From IMG/VR virus record IMGVR_UViG_3300042923_000601, positions 182,690 through 246,689 of that record: 64,000 bases of DNA; one strand, written 5' to 3'. Under the pieces are notes generated by a model. It did no database searches. It had not been told where the DNA came from and was given only the letters and a program-made list of their open reading frames with translations. The position numbers were made by a program, and so were the translations under genes. Below are positions 1 to 9,594 of this stretch, in pieces (the stretch's first letter is position 1; each line of letters opens with the position of its first letter).

Positions 1-1
1 A

Positions 2-1996
2 CAGGATAAAACGGACGCCTTGACCAGAAGCACTGGGTCATCGACTCCATTTGGATCGGTTGCTCACTATGTACTGGCCACAGGCTACGATCAAACGAAG
101 AACCGAATCACCGTAAATGATCCATTGTCAAAATCGGGTAGTGACACTTACAACCTGACATCCACATTGGCATCTTCTACCGGCGCGTTCGTCATTCAAT
201 CACGCTCGTCTGGAATGGGAGCCTTCAGCTTGAGAGATATGGACAAATTCCTTCCTGGTTTGACCATGCCTATGCTGGGTAAAGGTGATGATACAGACGC
301 TGGTATCCGTAGTGAATTCGGGTATGCTATCGGTAAGGGTAAGTCTGACATTACCGTAGATGACATCCGAATGATTAAAAAGCTGGGTGCAGAGTACGGC
401 GTTAACCCGCATTTATGGCTTGCACTGGCTGAAGTTGAAAGTGGCTGGAACTCGAAAGCAGAGAACTCCAAGTCTTCTGCTAAGGGTTGGGGTCAAGTTA
501 TTAAGGGTACTGGTAAGTGGTTGTATACTGACAAGCTTAAACTCGGCTCCTACTACGACCATGATACAATGGCTCTTGACAAAGAAACAAATGCTAGAAT
601 GTCGATGTACTACTTGGCATCTAACATCAAGTCCCATAGTGGTAATATTGACCGTGCCTTGATCCGTTACAACGGTAATGAGCTAGGTCAAGAATATCCA
701 AACCGGGTATCCAAATATCTGAGGGAGAACTCTGGTCTGACCTTCGCAGATGTAGGCAACGTTGAAGCCACTGGTGTAAACACCTACAACGGAAGCAGTG
801 ATTCCAGCACTCCAGTAGATGATGGTAAAATCCGTTCAATGTCTGACTTGATGACAAACATCACCAGCACTCTCACATCTCTGACAACGGATCGATACGG
901 TATTGATGTTACGAAGTTGCTGAGTGGCGTGGATGAATTATTTGGCCTCGTTGATCCACTTAACGACGGCACAATGTCATCTGACTCATCCTCTAGCGCT
1001 TCGTCTAGCACTATTGCATGGAACCCTAATGCATCCTCAAGTAGCGATGACGGAAAAGCCGGAGAGTATAAGAACTACATCTTGAGTAAATACACCAACC
1101 TGAAGGGCGATACTGACATGCACGAGTTCTTGGCGCAGCGTATCAGTAATCTGGCTTCAGCATATGGTAAATCCGTCGATGTAACAAGCGGCTGGAGAAG
1201 TGCTCAGGAGCAACAAAGACTGATCACGGAATGGCGTCAACGTAACCCAGGGGCGTCCGATACTGAACGTCGTAAATGGGTTGCTGATCCAGGTCAAAGT
1301 AAGCATGACATTGGCCTTGCAGCAGACTTAGCAGGTTGGATCAAGCAAGTTCCAGCTGCTGAGCTTGCCAAGTATGGTCTCTGGAAGCCAATGTCGAATG
1401 AGGACTGGCACTTTGAACCAATTGAAACGAAGGCTATTGGGCGGGATAAGCAAGAATATCTGCGTTCAATCTTCGGTCAACCTTATAGTCCTGCAACTGG
1501 ATATGAAAAGTATCTACAGGCAGGGTTTGGCAAGGGTGGAACACCTAAGCCTGTTCTTAAAGCCGTCTCGGTTGGTAAAGAACTGCCGGTTGTTGGTAAT
1601 GGTATCGGCGATCCTGACAGTAATCCGGGTGCTGTTGTAAACGGTGCGCCTAGTGCGGCTGAATATGCAGCAAATGCCCAGCTTGCAGCGTCCTACTTCA
1701 TGCCATCCTCATCTTCACGTGCTGGAGGAGGGGACGATCAAGTCGTTGCTCTGCTGAAAACCATCATCGATCGCTTGGATAGTCTGGTTAATATTTCAGC
1801 CGAATCCAAAACCATCTTCAAAAACCTTGCATCATCCCTTATGAATGGAACAATTTCTCAAGAAAGTGGTTCGCCAACGGTAGCCATCATCCGCCCTTCT
1901 AGCCAAACACAATCAACAAATCCTATGATAGATGGGCAGGGACGGTCTCCGTCTAAATCAAGTATTATGGCGGCCATAGCTGCGGGAACAAGATAA
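2..1996 (+). CDS. C-terminal part of a tail-associated multi-domain peptidoglycan hydrolase (tape-measure-like): end of C39-like peptidase, SLT lytic transglycosylase, M15B (VanY-like) peptidase; 5' truncated by the window
   Basis: Frame is open from base 2. HYVLATGYD..ITVNDP (C39-like His region); ALAEVESGWN..AKGWGQV..RYNG (SLT motifs); SGWRS..ADPGQSKHDIGLAAD..EDWHFE (M15B Zn motifs). Confidence 0.85.
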   Translation, partial: QDKTDALTRSTGSSTPFGSVAHYVLATGYDQTKNRITVNDPLSKSGSDTYNLTSTLASSTGAFVIQSRSSGMGAFSLRDMDKFLPGLTMPMLGKGDDTDAGIRSEFGYAIGKGKSDITVDDIRMIKKLGAEYGVNPHLWLALAEVESGWNSKAENSKSSAKGWGQVIKGTGKWLYTDKLKLGSYYDHDTMALDKETNARMSMYYLASNIKSHSGNIDRALIRYNGNELGQEYPNRVSKYLRENSGLTFADVGNVEATGVNTYNGSSDSSTPVDDGKIRSMSDLMTNITSTLTSLTTDRYGIDVTKLLSGVDELFGLVDPLNDGTMSSDSSSSASSSTIAWNPNASSSSDDGKAGEYKNYILSKYTNLKGDTDMHEFLAQRISNLASAYGKSVDVTSGWRSAQEQQRLITEWRQRNPGASDTERRKWVADPGQSKHDIGLAADLAGWIKQVPAAELAKYGLWKPMSNEDWHFEPIETKAIGRDKQEYLRSIFGQPYSPATGYEKYLQAGFGKGGTPKPVLKAVSVGKELPVVGNGIGDPDSNPGAVVNGAPSAAEYAANAQLAASYFMPSSSSRAGGGDDQVVALLKTIIDRLDSLVNISAESKTIFKNLASSLMNGTISQESGSPTVAIIRPSSQTQSTNPMIDGQGRSPSKSSIMAAIAAGTR

Positions 1997-2008
1997 TAAG
2001 GGACGGAG

Positions 2009-2036
2009 GACGGAGGGTTAACACCCTTCGTCTTTC
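2009..2036 (+). terminator. intrinsic terminator-like hairpin
   Basis: gacggagggt-taac-acccttcgtc followed by ttt. Confidence 0.5.
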
Positions 2037-2065
2037 CTTATATTCGAATGAACGAGGTGAGTAAT

Positions 2066-3787
2066 ATGGCTATAAGCATTGTATATCAGGTTGGTGATAG
2101 TACCGTCGTTGGTACGATTGGTACAGCGGCGGGTATCCACACTTCTGCCGACATGACGTCTGTTGTTGTCGGGCAATTAGCCCGAGGTGACAAGGTTACC
2201 GTAACTGAAATTAAGAAAGACCCGATGTTGGCAAAAACCACATGGGGAAAGCATAGTAGAGGATGGACACCTATAACATCATCGGGGATTGTTGTTATGG
2301 TACCTATCACTACCAATCAAGCACCTGCAACTACACCTGTAACAACACCAACGGTGAATGAGACTCAATCTTTCACGGACGATGAAATCACTCAGACGAT
2401 CCGTACCATCAATAATGAGTACAAGATGACATCCGACGTTCAATTTCGGATGAAATCTGCACGATCGATTATGGGACTCCCCCATCAATTCATCAATACA
2501 GCTGATCCTCGTATCAAGAACTCTGGGTTTGGCCGCATGTTTACTGAGAATATTCTTATGGACATGCCGATTGTATCCATTATCCCAGGTGGGCCAAAGT
2601 TCCTTTCGGGTAAAGGAATCAGTAAGAAAGCCAGAGCTGACCTTGTCAACGCTGTCGTTAAAGGGCTTAACGCTCCTACCGAAATGGTCGGTAACATGAT
2701 TGATGACCTGACCGGTGGTAAGAATGCTAAGTATTACTCCTTTGAAACACAGTACTCGGAGTATATGATGTACGTTAACAACCTTACACGTATCATGTCG
2801 ATCTATCTTGGACTCCGAAAGAATGCGCTCTGGGGCGGAAATAAATCCTACGGAGACTTCAACTGGGAAACCAAGAAGACTGAGGTTGATGGTGCAACAT
2901 CTCTGATCGAATTGCTGGGTAGTCACGGTGCCGTTACTTTTTATTATGACAAATCAGGCACAGGAATGAACGAATCCATGAGTAACAGCACGGATAAGTC
3001 CATGCTTGACTCCGCGATGAATAACGCCTCGAACATGGCGAAAGAAGCCGAATTTATCTTCGGTGTCGGAGCCGGTAAGAGCGTAGACTTCATGAATGAG
3101 GCTTTGGCTGAGCAGAAGATCAACACTCTCTCGGAAAATTTGGCTGGGAATAGTAATATTTTCAGTACGTTATGGACAAATCTAAAAGCTGGGATGACCA
3201 CAGTTGTATCTGGTGCCAATATGCTTTTGCCTGAGATTTGGAGAGGTCATACATTCTCCCGTAACTACACGGTGGATATCAACCTCGTATCTCCATATGG
3301 TACACCTGAGGCATTTTATCTCAACATTGGCGTCCCACTATGCTTCCTACTGCCACTTGTTGCTCCTAGACAATTTGGTGCCAATGGCTTCTATTCTCCA
3401 TTCTTGGTACAGGCATTCTCAAACGGGATGTTCAACTGCTCTCTTGGCATTGTAGACTCCATGTCGATTAGCCGATTTGGTACAGGGGATTCGATCTCTA
3501 GAAAGGGATTGCCACTTGAGGTTAAGGTGAGTTTGACCTTTAAGGATATGTATGATGCAATGGGTGTCTCTACTGCTGCTAACATGACAGCCCTTATGAA
3601 TAATACGCCTTTGCTCGACTTTATGGCGAACTTATCCGCCGTTAACCTTAATGACCCTGACTTGGTTCGTAAAATGAGAATCTTCATTTCATCCAAAGCA
3701 GATACGATCACAGACCTACCGGGTAACGTTATCAACCGGATATTTGACGCTGCTCGTGACAATATAAATAATTCAATCACATACTAA
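2066..3787 (+). CDS. virion tail/baseplate structural protein with N-terminal SH3b-like domain
   Basis: GAGGTG RBS before ATG 2066; N-terminal SH3b-like segment (VVGQLARGDKVTV..WGK..GW), Thr/Pro linker, then a tail-tube/hub-like beta region; follows the tail lysin. Confidence 0.6.
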   Translation: MAISIVYQVGDSTVVGTIGTAAGIHTSADMTSVVVGQLARGDKVTVTEIKKDPMLAKTTWGKHSRGWTPITSSGIVVMVPITTNQAPATTPVTTPTVNETQSFTDDEITQTIRTINNEYKMTSDVQFRMKSARSIMGLPHQFINTADPRIKNSGFGRMFTENILMDMPIVSIIPGGPKFLSGKGISKKARADLVNAVVKGLNAPTEMVGNMIDDLTGGKNAKYYSFETQYSEYMMYVNNLTRIMSIYLGLRKNALWGGNKSYGDFNWETKKTEVDGATSLIELLGSHGAVTFYYDKSGTGMNESMSNSTDKSMLDSAMNNASNMAKEAEFIFGVGAGKSVDFMNEALAEQKINTLSENLAGNSNIFSTLWTNLKAGMTTVVSGANMLLPEIWRGHTFSRNYTVDINLVSPYGTPEAFYLNIGVPLCFLLPLVAPRQFGANGFYSPFLVQAFSNGMFNCSLGIVDSMSISRFGTGDSISRKGLPLEVKVSLTFKDMYDAMGVSTAANMTALMNNTPLLDFMANLSAVNLNDPDLVRKMRIFISSKADTITDLPGNVINRIFDAARDNINNSITY

Positions 3788-3793
3788 CAATAA

Positions 3794-3816
3794 ACGGATA
3801 GGGCTCTCCTATCCGT
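3794..3816 (+). terminator. hairpin after structural gene
   Basis: acggatagg-gctct-cctatccgt. Confidence 0.55.
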
Positions 3817-4133
3817 ACTTCATTTATTAAAAAGATAAATGGGTTATGACAAAAAAGTATACCCTAACCAAAATCTCTGAGACAGAGGGGCGGCGGGCGG
3901 GATTAGATAAGAATTAAGAACAAATAACTCGAAGAAGGAAAGAGGAATAGGATAGTGATAATATAACTAGCTTAGATAAAGTAAATCCCCGAAGGGGAGA
4001 GAAGGATAAATAAAAGGTTTAAAAGAATTAAAGACAGGTGGAACCCCCCTCCTGGAAGGACCCGTTAAATTTCGATACATAGGAGAAGCTTTAGGGCTTC
4101 TCTTTTGTCTATGTAAAAACATACCCATCTGGT

Positions 4134-4153
4134 TATATATTATAAAGGTGAAC
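4134..4153 (+). promoter_or_regulatory. early-type phage promoter motif TATATATTATA-N3-GTGAA
   Basis: tatatattataaaggtgaac upstream of GGAGG RBS; the motif recurs upstream of at least 6 non-structural units. Confidence 0.7.
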
Positions 4154-4174
4154 CCTACTAAATAGGAGGTAAAA

Positions 4175-4501
4175 ATGAACACTTATTTAATCGTTGCAAC
4201 TGGTAAAACGTCATATCGATTTTATGTAGGAGCATCATCCTACAAACAAGCTGTTGAAAACGCAGCTGACACTCTGATTGAATCCGTGGTAGACTTATTC
4301 CACGAGGTCACAGACCCTAATCTTGATCCGGTATGCTACTTTGCCATTCAGGATGAAGATGGTGACCAACGCAATGTATTCTTCCTCTATATCGTTAATG
4401 AGGAAAACAGCGCACGGTATAGCTTAAAGACATTCACTAGAGCTACAGATGCGGTGTACCTAGAGAAAAAATTCAATCTGTTAATTAGGAGAGACGTTTA
4501 A
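4175..4501 (+). CDS. hypothetical protein
   Basis: GGAGGT RBS; first gene after the early motif. Confidence 0.75.
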   Translation: MNTYLIVATGKTSYRFYVGASSYKQAVENAADTLIESVVDLFHEVTDPNLDPVCYFAIQDEDGDQRNVFFLYIVNEENSARYSLKTFTRATDAVYLEKKFNLLIRRDV

Positions 4502-4938
4502 TGCCCCATGCACCATTTAATACTGTAGAGTTTGCCAAGTACTATCCTGACAGACGGATGCTGGAATCAATGATGGCCAAGGTCACCTTATCCACGGATT
4601 CAGCAAGCGTTCGTGCTTTGATTGAAGAGTATATGCTGACTCATAAAGAGTTATCAGCTGATACCACAGCACTCTTATCTTTCATTCTGGTTCACCATCG
4701 TACGCTGCTTAAGACGACAGTTGTATCTGACACCAGTTGGTGCAATATTAAATTCTTGGTCAGACCTGAAAAGGTCTACGATCTATCAAATCCTAAATTC
4801 CGTATTGACGGAGACGTGGAACGGAAGCTCGTATGTTATACCCGGAATGCATCCAGAATCTTTATTAATTTATCTTCAATACCAACTGACGTTAATGCCA
4901 ATCAATCGGGGTATCTTGTACACCCTACACTAACCTAG
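4501..4938 (+). CDS. hypothetical protein
   Basis: TAATG overlap with upstream gene; GGAG RBS. Confidence 0.7.
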   Translation: MPHAPFNTVEFAKYYPDRRMLESMMAKVTLSTDSASVRALIEEYMLTHKELSADTTALLSFILVHHRTLLKTTVVSDTSWCNIKFLVRPEKVYDLSNPKFRIDGDVERKLVCYTRNASRIFINLSSIPTDVNANQSGYLVHPTLT

Positions 4939-4952
4939 GAGGAAATTGAATA

Positions 4953-5750
4953 ATGCCACTTATCGGAAAGAAAGAAGATTTGAATAGCTTGATCGCAAGA
5001 CTGGAAAAGTATCCTTACACCTCTAAACCATATAAAGAACTGCTGAAAGCCATCGCTAAACAATGCGAAGGTAAGTATAAGGATCAAGCAATCCTCTGTG
5101 TTCCTAGAGTGGCAGCTACGCCTGGGACACATAATATGAATCCAGCCAACGGGAAGCACAGTGATATTGCAACGTTGTTTGGGATGAAACTGGCGTTTGA
5201 AGAGGAAAGCCTCCTTACGTACAGACCACGTAACGAAGTGGAATATGATATGGCTTACCAGCAGGTTATTGCATGTGCTTACGTAACGGATGGAGACCGT
5301 TACGTATTCCTTCGTAAAAATAACAAGTCGAAACAAGCCAGTATGATTGGTGGGCATGTTGACTTTGATATCTCTGCATATCAGAAGGAACTAGAATTCT
5401 TCATTCTCGACAATCTTCTTCGCGAGCTAGTTGAAGAAGTAAAGGTTGAGGGGAAATGGCAAGATCATATTAAAACAATTTACCCGGAACTCTACATCAA
5501 CGAATACGAAGACTCCTATGATCAATATAACATAGCGGTCGTCTTCTCTATTCATGTAGACAGTCTGGCCAAGCTAAAGCTTTCATCAGGAGAACCTGAT
5601 AAACATGATTTGGTGATGGGTACATTGACAGATATCATGAATCATACTACACCACATTTGTGGGTTAACCGGGTCATCAGCCACATCCAGCAAAATGAAG
5701 ACGCCCTTGCGGCTGAGAAAGGAGAAGAAACTGATGAAGCACATCAATAA
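4953..5750 (+). CDS. NUDIX-family phosphoesterase
   Basis: YQQVI..SMIGGHVD..LLRELVEEV (Nudix box variant); GGAGG RBS. Confidence 0.75.
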   Translation: MPLIGKKEDLNSLIARLEKYPYTSKPYKELLKAIAKQCEGKYKDQAILCVPRVAATPGTHNMNPANGKHSDIATLFGMKLAFEEESLLTYRPRNEVEYDMAYQQVIACAYVTDGDRYVFLRKNNKSKQASMIGGHVDFDISAYQKELEFFILDNLLRELVEEVKVEGKWQDHIKTIYPELYINEYEDSYDQYNIAVVFSIHVDSLAKLKLSSGEPDKHDLVMGTLTDIMNHTTPHLWVNRVISHIQQNEDALAAEKGEETDEAHQ

Positions 5751-6018
5751 ATACATCTTACCACACCCATACCAAACCGTTATAACCATGCCACTTGGGT
5801 CTAAGATCATTTCGGTTAAATTCATTGACGGTGATATCGTACTCTTTGCAATGGCTGATCCGAATGAATCGGTTAATGAATCATATATCGTTCAGAGAAC
5901 TGGACCCGATAAACTCACATTCAGTAATGTTGAGTCGTATACGTTCCTCGATACCGTAGTATGCGGCGACATGCCTATGCATATTTTCTATAAACGCCAG
6001 GTGGAGGAGACTGTATAG
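5734..6018 (+). CDS. conserved phage hypothetical protein (DUF7352-like)
   Basis: INKYILP..ITMPLGSKIISV..LFAMADP..FLDTV..HIF pattern; AGGAG RBS. Confidence 0.6.
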   Translation: MKHINKYILPHPYQTVITMPLGSKIISVKFIDGDIVLFAMADPNESVNESYIVQRTGPDKLTFSNVESYTFLDTVVCGDMPMHIFYKRQVEETV

Positions 6019-6260
6019 TGAAGAAGAAAGTCCTCTTAACGATATCAGCGATTCTTATTGTTGGCGGATGTGGCCCTGGTGGTCCAGTGGACACTGTTGA
6101 CACTTCCGCATATAACACCTTTCAAACGGTTTACAAAAAAGGCAACGTTGTTATCATGGCTGACAAAGACACCGGGTGCCAGTATGTCTATACAGGAGAT
6201 TCACGCAGCTCATTTACGCCAAGGTTAACTGCTGAAGGTGTTCCAATGTGTGGTAAATAG
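6018..6260 (+). CDS. small lipoprotein (DUF6440-like)
   Basis: Signal peptide with IVGGC lipobox; DKDTGCQYV..TPRL..G.P motif. Confidence 0.7.
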   Translation: MKKKVLLTISAILIVGGCGPGGPVDTVDTSAYNTFQTVYKKGNVVIMADKDTGCQYVYTGDSRSSFTPRLTAEGVPMCGK

Positions 6261-6269
6261 CTGTCGATC

Positions 6270-6303
6270 AATATAGCCCTCATATTCGGGGGCTATATTT
6301 TTT
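6270..6303 (+). terminator. intrinsic terminator
   Basis: aatatagccc..gggctatatt followed by T-tract. Confidence 0.75.
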
Positions 6304-6323
6304 GCAAGTAGAGGAGGGACATC

Positions 6324-6767
6324 ATGAGAAAAATTTTAGAATGCCACTCGCAAGGGGATAAGCGGTTCAGTCCGTTTTTCGCAACGATCAGATTCCTTGG
6401 AAAACAAGAAACCATTGAGCGTATTTACCAAACCTCAAAGATTACAGAAGGCGGATTTATTCCTAGCTCTATTCGGGAAGGTAAGGGGAAGCGAGCCATT
6501 GGTTGGAACATCCGAGGGGTTGAATTTAGTGTGGATCGCGCCCCAATCTTCTATCAGACACTGTGGGTATTCTATTTCAAAGCAAATCCAGCACTTTATG
6601 AGTATGCTAAAACATTCGATGACTTCCACGATATGTTTAAAGGCAAGTCCAGAGTCAATCAGGAAGAAACGATTCGCCGGATTGTACGGCTTGGACTTAG
6701 TGAGGCGGCCAGAGAATGTTATCCTTTTATGAAGGAACTGAATGACAAATGGAAAGCACAGCAATGA
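6324..6767 (+). CDS. NADAR-like (DUF6977-type) putative ADP-ribosylglycohydrolase
   Basis: ECHSQGDKRFSPF..TIERIYQTSK..EGG resembles NADAR/DUF6977 motifs; GGAGG RBS. Confidence 0.5.
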   Translation: MRKILECHSQGDKRFSPFFATIRFLGKQETIERIYQTSKITEGGFIPSSIREGKGKRAIGWNIRGVEFSVDRAPIFYQTLWVFYFKANPALYEYAKTFDDFHDMFKGKSRVNQEETIRRIVRLGLSEAARECYPFMKELNDKWKAQQ

Positions 6768-7159
6768 ATTTGACTCGTTTAGTATGGACATATGACGGTG
6801 AACGCACAGGAATCTTTAGAGGCATCGATGATTTCACTTCCTCAGATTTCGCAGATGCGTTCACCGCATTTGCTACAGAGATGCTACCTGTCCCAATTGA
6901 TACTGATATTCTACCGATATTGATGAGGGATCAAGAGGCCAGATGGTTCTTTACTGATCGGGGTATGTCCGAGGTAGGAACAGCATTACTTGCGTTTCTA
7001 CGTGATTATGAGCCAGATTGGTTCGATCATGACGAGCCTAATTTCCCAAGAGTTGATGTCGTAAATTTAACTGCTGACCCAACTAATATATTGTATGAAG
7101 ATGAATTCCAAGTCTTACTAAAAGGAGATGTTTACAATGAAGGTATACATCAACCATAA
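6764..7159 (+). CDS. acidic hypothetical protein
   Basis: ATGA overlap with upstream gene; RWFFTDRG..LYEDEFQV. Confidence 0.65.
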   Translation: MNLTRLVWTYDGERTGIFRGIDDFTSSDFADAFTAFATEMLPVPIDTDILPILMRDQEARWFFTDRGMSEVGTALLAFLRDYEPDWFDHDEPNFPRVDVVNLTADPTNILYEDEFQVLLKGDVYNEGIHQP

Positions 7160-7286
7160 GGAAATTGACGTGGAAAGTTCGTCCAAAGTAACATTCGAGG
7201 TTCGGTACTTTACTCCTATGCAGGTATTAACTGTCCTCGGCGCACTACTCTTTTTCGCTTTGAAGTATTCTGTGGTATTCTGGTAA
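7137..7286 (+). CDS. 49-aa small protein with C-terminal hydrophobic helix (not in ORF track)
   Basis: AAAGGAG RBS; MKVYINHKEIDVE...VLTVLGALLFFALKYSVVFW. Confidence 0.6.
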   Translation: MKVYINHKEIDVESSSKVTFEVRYFTPMQVLTVLGALLFFALKYSVVFW

Positions 7287-7321
7287 CAGGATACTAATCC
7301 TAACTAACGAGGTGTATTATA

Positions 7322-7657
7322 ATGTGTGAGAATTGCGAAAACTGTGACCATCAACATGATGGGCCTACTATTGACATGGATGATCTGCGGGAGTTTATCG
7401 TATCCGGACTCCTGCGCGAAGGCGTTGTTGTAGAGGCTGCTTCTGTCGACACCATCCTTGAGATGGAGGGCGACTTCCTCGAACAGAACGCTGACAATTT
7501 GGAGTATTCGATCGACGACGTTGCACGATATGTCGGTGATCGCCTGAAAACTGAGCACAACATCGAGGTCGGATTTGTTGATTTAGTCCGATTGTTTCAG
7601 TTTGAGGACGCGTACATGATCGAAAAAGGATTCATGACACCTATCGAAGAAGAGTAA
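7322..7657 (+). CDS. highly acidic small protein with Cys/His-rich N-terminus
   Basis: GAGGTG RBS; MCENCENCDHQH then two related acidic helical units. Confidence 0.75.
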   Translation: MCENCENCDHQHDGPTIDMDDLREFIVSGLLREGVVVEAASVDTILEMEGDFLEQNADNLEYSIDDVARYVGDRLKTEHNIEVGFVDLVRLFQFEDAYMIEKGFMTPIEEE

Positions 7658-7700
7658 GGGGATTCCCTTACTCTTTTCTAATGAAATTTGGAGGTATACC

Positions 7701-7952
7701 ATGATTAGATGGACTCGTCGCGCTGTGTTTATTAAAGACGCAGCTAATATGCTTAATACAGGCAGTACGTTCGAAGAGGTGTTGTCACGCTTAGGTGAAT
7801 ATGCGGAACCGGTTGTTGAGGGAACGCCCCTTAACATTGGTACGCAGCAACTAAGTCGTGTGAGAGTGAAGATTTATACACGACTGGGACAACTTCAGAA
7901 GGAGGACGCAAGGTGTATTCATTGTAATCGTAATCCACATATTAAAGGGTAG
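7701..7952 (+). CDS. hypothetical protein
   Basis: GGAGGT RBS. Confidence 0.65.
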   Translation: MIRWTRRAVFIKDAANMLNTGSTFEEVLSRLGEYAEPVVEGTPLNIGTQQLSRVRVKIYTRLGQLQKEDARCIHCNRNPHIKG

Positions 7953-7967
7953 AGGTGTGTTGTTGGC

Positions 7968-8117
7968 ATGGAAATTGTACCCGTATCTAAAATTTATCCA
8001 CCACAAGCGAACACCAAGAAACATGCCAACGAGAAATCGCCTAAACAAAATAAACCAAAGGATACCTCATTTGAAGGTATCCTTTCATCTATATTAAACT
8101 CAGAGGAGAATGAATAA
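7968..8117 (+). CDS. 49-aa hypothetical protein (not in ORF track)
   Basis: GAGGTG RBS; stop TAA overlaps ATG 8117 (TAATG coupling). Confidence 0.5.
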   Translation: MEIVPVSKIYPPQANTKKHANEKSPKQNKPKDTSFEGILSSILNSEENE

Positions 8118-9370
8118 TGGAACAAGAACGTTCATACGAAGCTATGATTAAATTGGCTATGACACAACTCAAAAATAGAGGGCTTGGCGACGATTTTCAA
8201 GTACTATCCCAGTTCCCACATTATACAGTTCTTACGGCTCAACTGGCGCGTGATATTAAGGACGGTATCCTTAATATTATTGGTCCTGTTAGCTCAGACT
8301 ATCCGCTTGCTAGAGCTTTCGAACCTGACCGTATAATTGATGACGCTGACAGAATGGCAATGCGTGAAGCTATACGCCAGCTTAACTACATCGCGCAATA
8401 CCCCGGGTTTGAAAATTTGTACCTTGTGAACTTCCCAATGTACAAAGGTGACACAACGTCGTCAAACGCATTTAATTCTTTCGTTATGATTATCGGGAAG
8501 AATCTGGCCGATGCGGATCGGTTGATTCAATACATGTATGACAGAATACCAGATTCTAAACCTAAATCTCCCCGGCTTGTTGAAGTAAACAGTCGCGGAG
8601 CCTCTATATATGTATATAAAGGATGGGAGCCTTTAAATGTAGACAAGCTTGTTATGGAAGATGCACTTGTAAGTGAAATCTTCGCACACGTCGACCTGTT
8701 CTTTTCAGAAGACCAGACGTTCTATACTGATAATGGTATTCCGCATAAACGCGGAGTCTTATTATGGGGCCCTCCTGGTAACGGTAAGACAACTTTACTT
8801 CGGATACTAGCCACCCGGGTTCTTGAATCAGCTCGTGTCGTTTACTGGCAGGTCAATGAATTTGTGACCAGTGATAGTATACGAGATATATTCAGTAAAT
8901 TAACCGAATACGACGAAAATGTAATGCTTATTATTGAGGATATTGATTCCCTGCCCGAACGGACTCGCTCTACGTTCCTGAATATTTTGGATGGAGCGTC
9001 CCTTAATAAGGGCTTATTTATCGTTGGTACAACCAACTACCCTGAAAAGATCGACCCAGGGTTGTTTGGACGAGCTGGTCGGTTCGATAGAGATTATGAA
9101 ATCAGTAAACCAGATGCTAATGCCCGGGCTCGGTACCTGGAGCTTAAGGGCTTGCGCAAGTTTGTCGATGATACGGAGTTTAACCGGGCTGTCGAGCATA
9201 CAAACGACTTCTCAATCGCTATGCTTAATGAGGTGTACGTGGCCATAGCATTGGCGACACATAGAGGTCAACCTTTAAATATTTCTTCGATCACTGAAGC
9301 TATGAATAGTTCAATGAAGAAACATGCTAAACGGGATTTCCGTGAAAGAGTTAGTATCGGATTCCAATAA
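8117..9370 (+). CDS. AAA+ ATPase (YjoB/BCS1-like)
   Basis: GIPHKRGVLLWGPPGNGKT Walker A; IIEDID Walker B; TTNYPE..RAGRFD SRH. Confidence 0.9.
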   Translation: MEQERSYEAMIKLAMTQLKNRGLGDDFQVLSQFPHYTVLTAQLARDIKDGILNIIGPVSSDYPLARAFEPDRIIDDADRMAMREAIRQLNYIAQYPGFENLYLVNFPMYKGDTTSSNAFNSFVMIIGKNLADADRLIQYMYDRIPDSKPKSPRLVEVNSRGASIYVYKGWEPLNVDKLVMEDALVSEIFAHVDLFFSEDQTFYTDNGIPHKRGVLLWGPPGNGKTTLLRILATRVLESARVVYWQVNEFVTSDSIRDIFSKLTEYDENVMLIIEDIDSLPERTRSTFLNILDGASLNKGLFIVGTTNYPEKIDPGLFGRAGRFDRDYEISKPDANARARYLELKGLRKFVDDTEFNRAVEHTNDFSIAMLNEVYVAIALATHRGQPLNISSITEAMNSSMKKHAKRDFRERVSIGFQ

Positions 9371-9411
9371 TGGAATGTCGATTTCCTTGGCGATCCTCAG
9401 GCATAAACAAA

Positions 9412-9441
9412 AAGACTAGAGCGGGTTTCCGCTCTAGTCTT
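9412..9441 (+). terminator. hairpin terminator
   Basis: aagactagagcgg-gttt-ccgctctagtctt. Confidence 0.7.
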
Positions 9442-9594
9442 TCCTCACTTTATTTTTCTTTAGGTTTAGGACTACCGTGCACCTTGGCTGTATGAGGTAA
9501 ACATGCGTTATATGCTATTAAAAAGGAAATTATAGTTAACCTAATACTATATGTACCTTCTACTACATATTAACTATAAGGGAGAGATTATGAC

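Noticed and set aside
8057-8085. Hairpin aaaggatacct..aggtatccttt as a terminator
   Set aside because: Lies inside a plausible small ORF coupled to the ATPase and has a weak U-tract; unresolved
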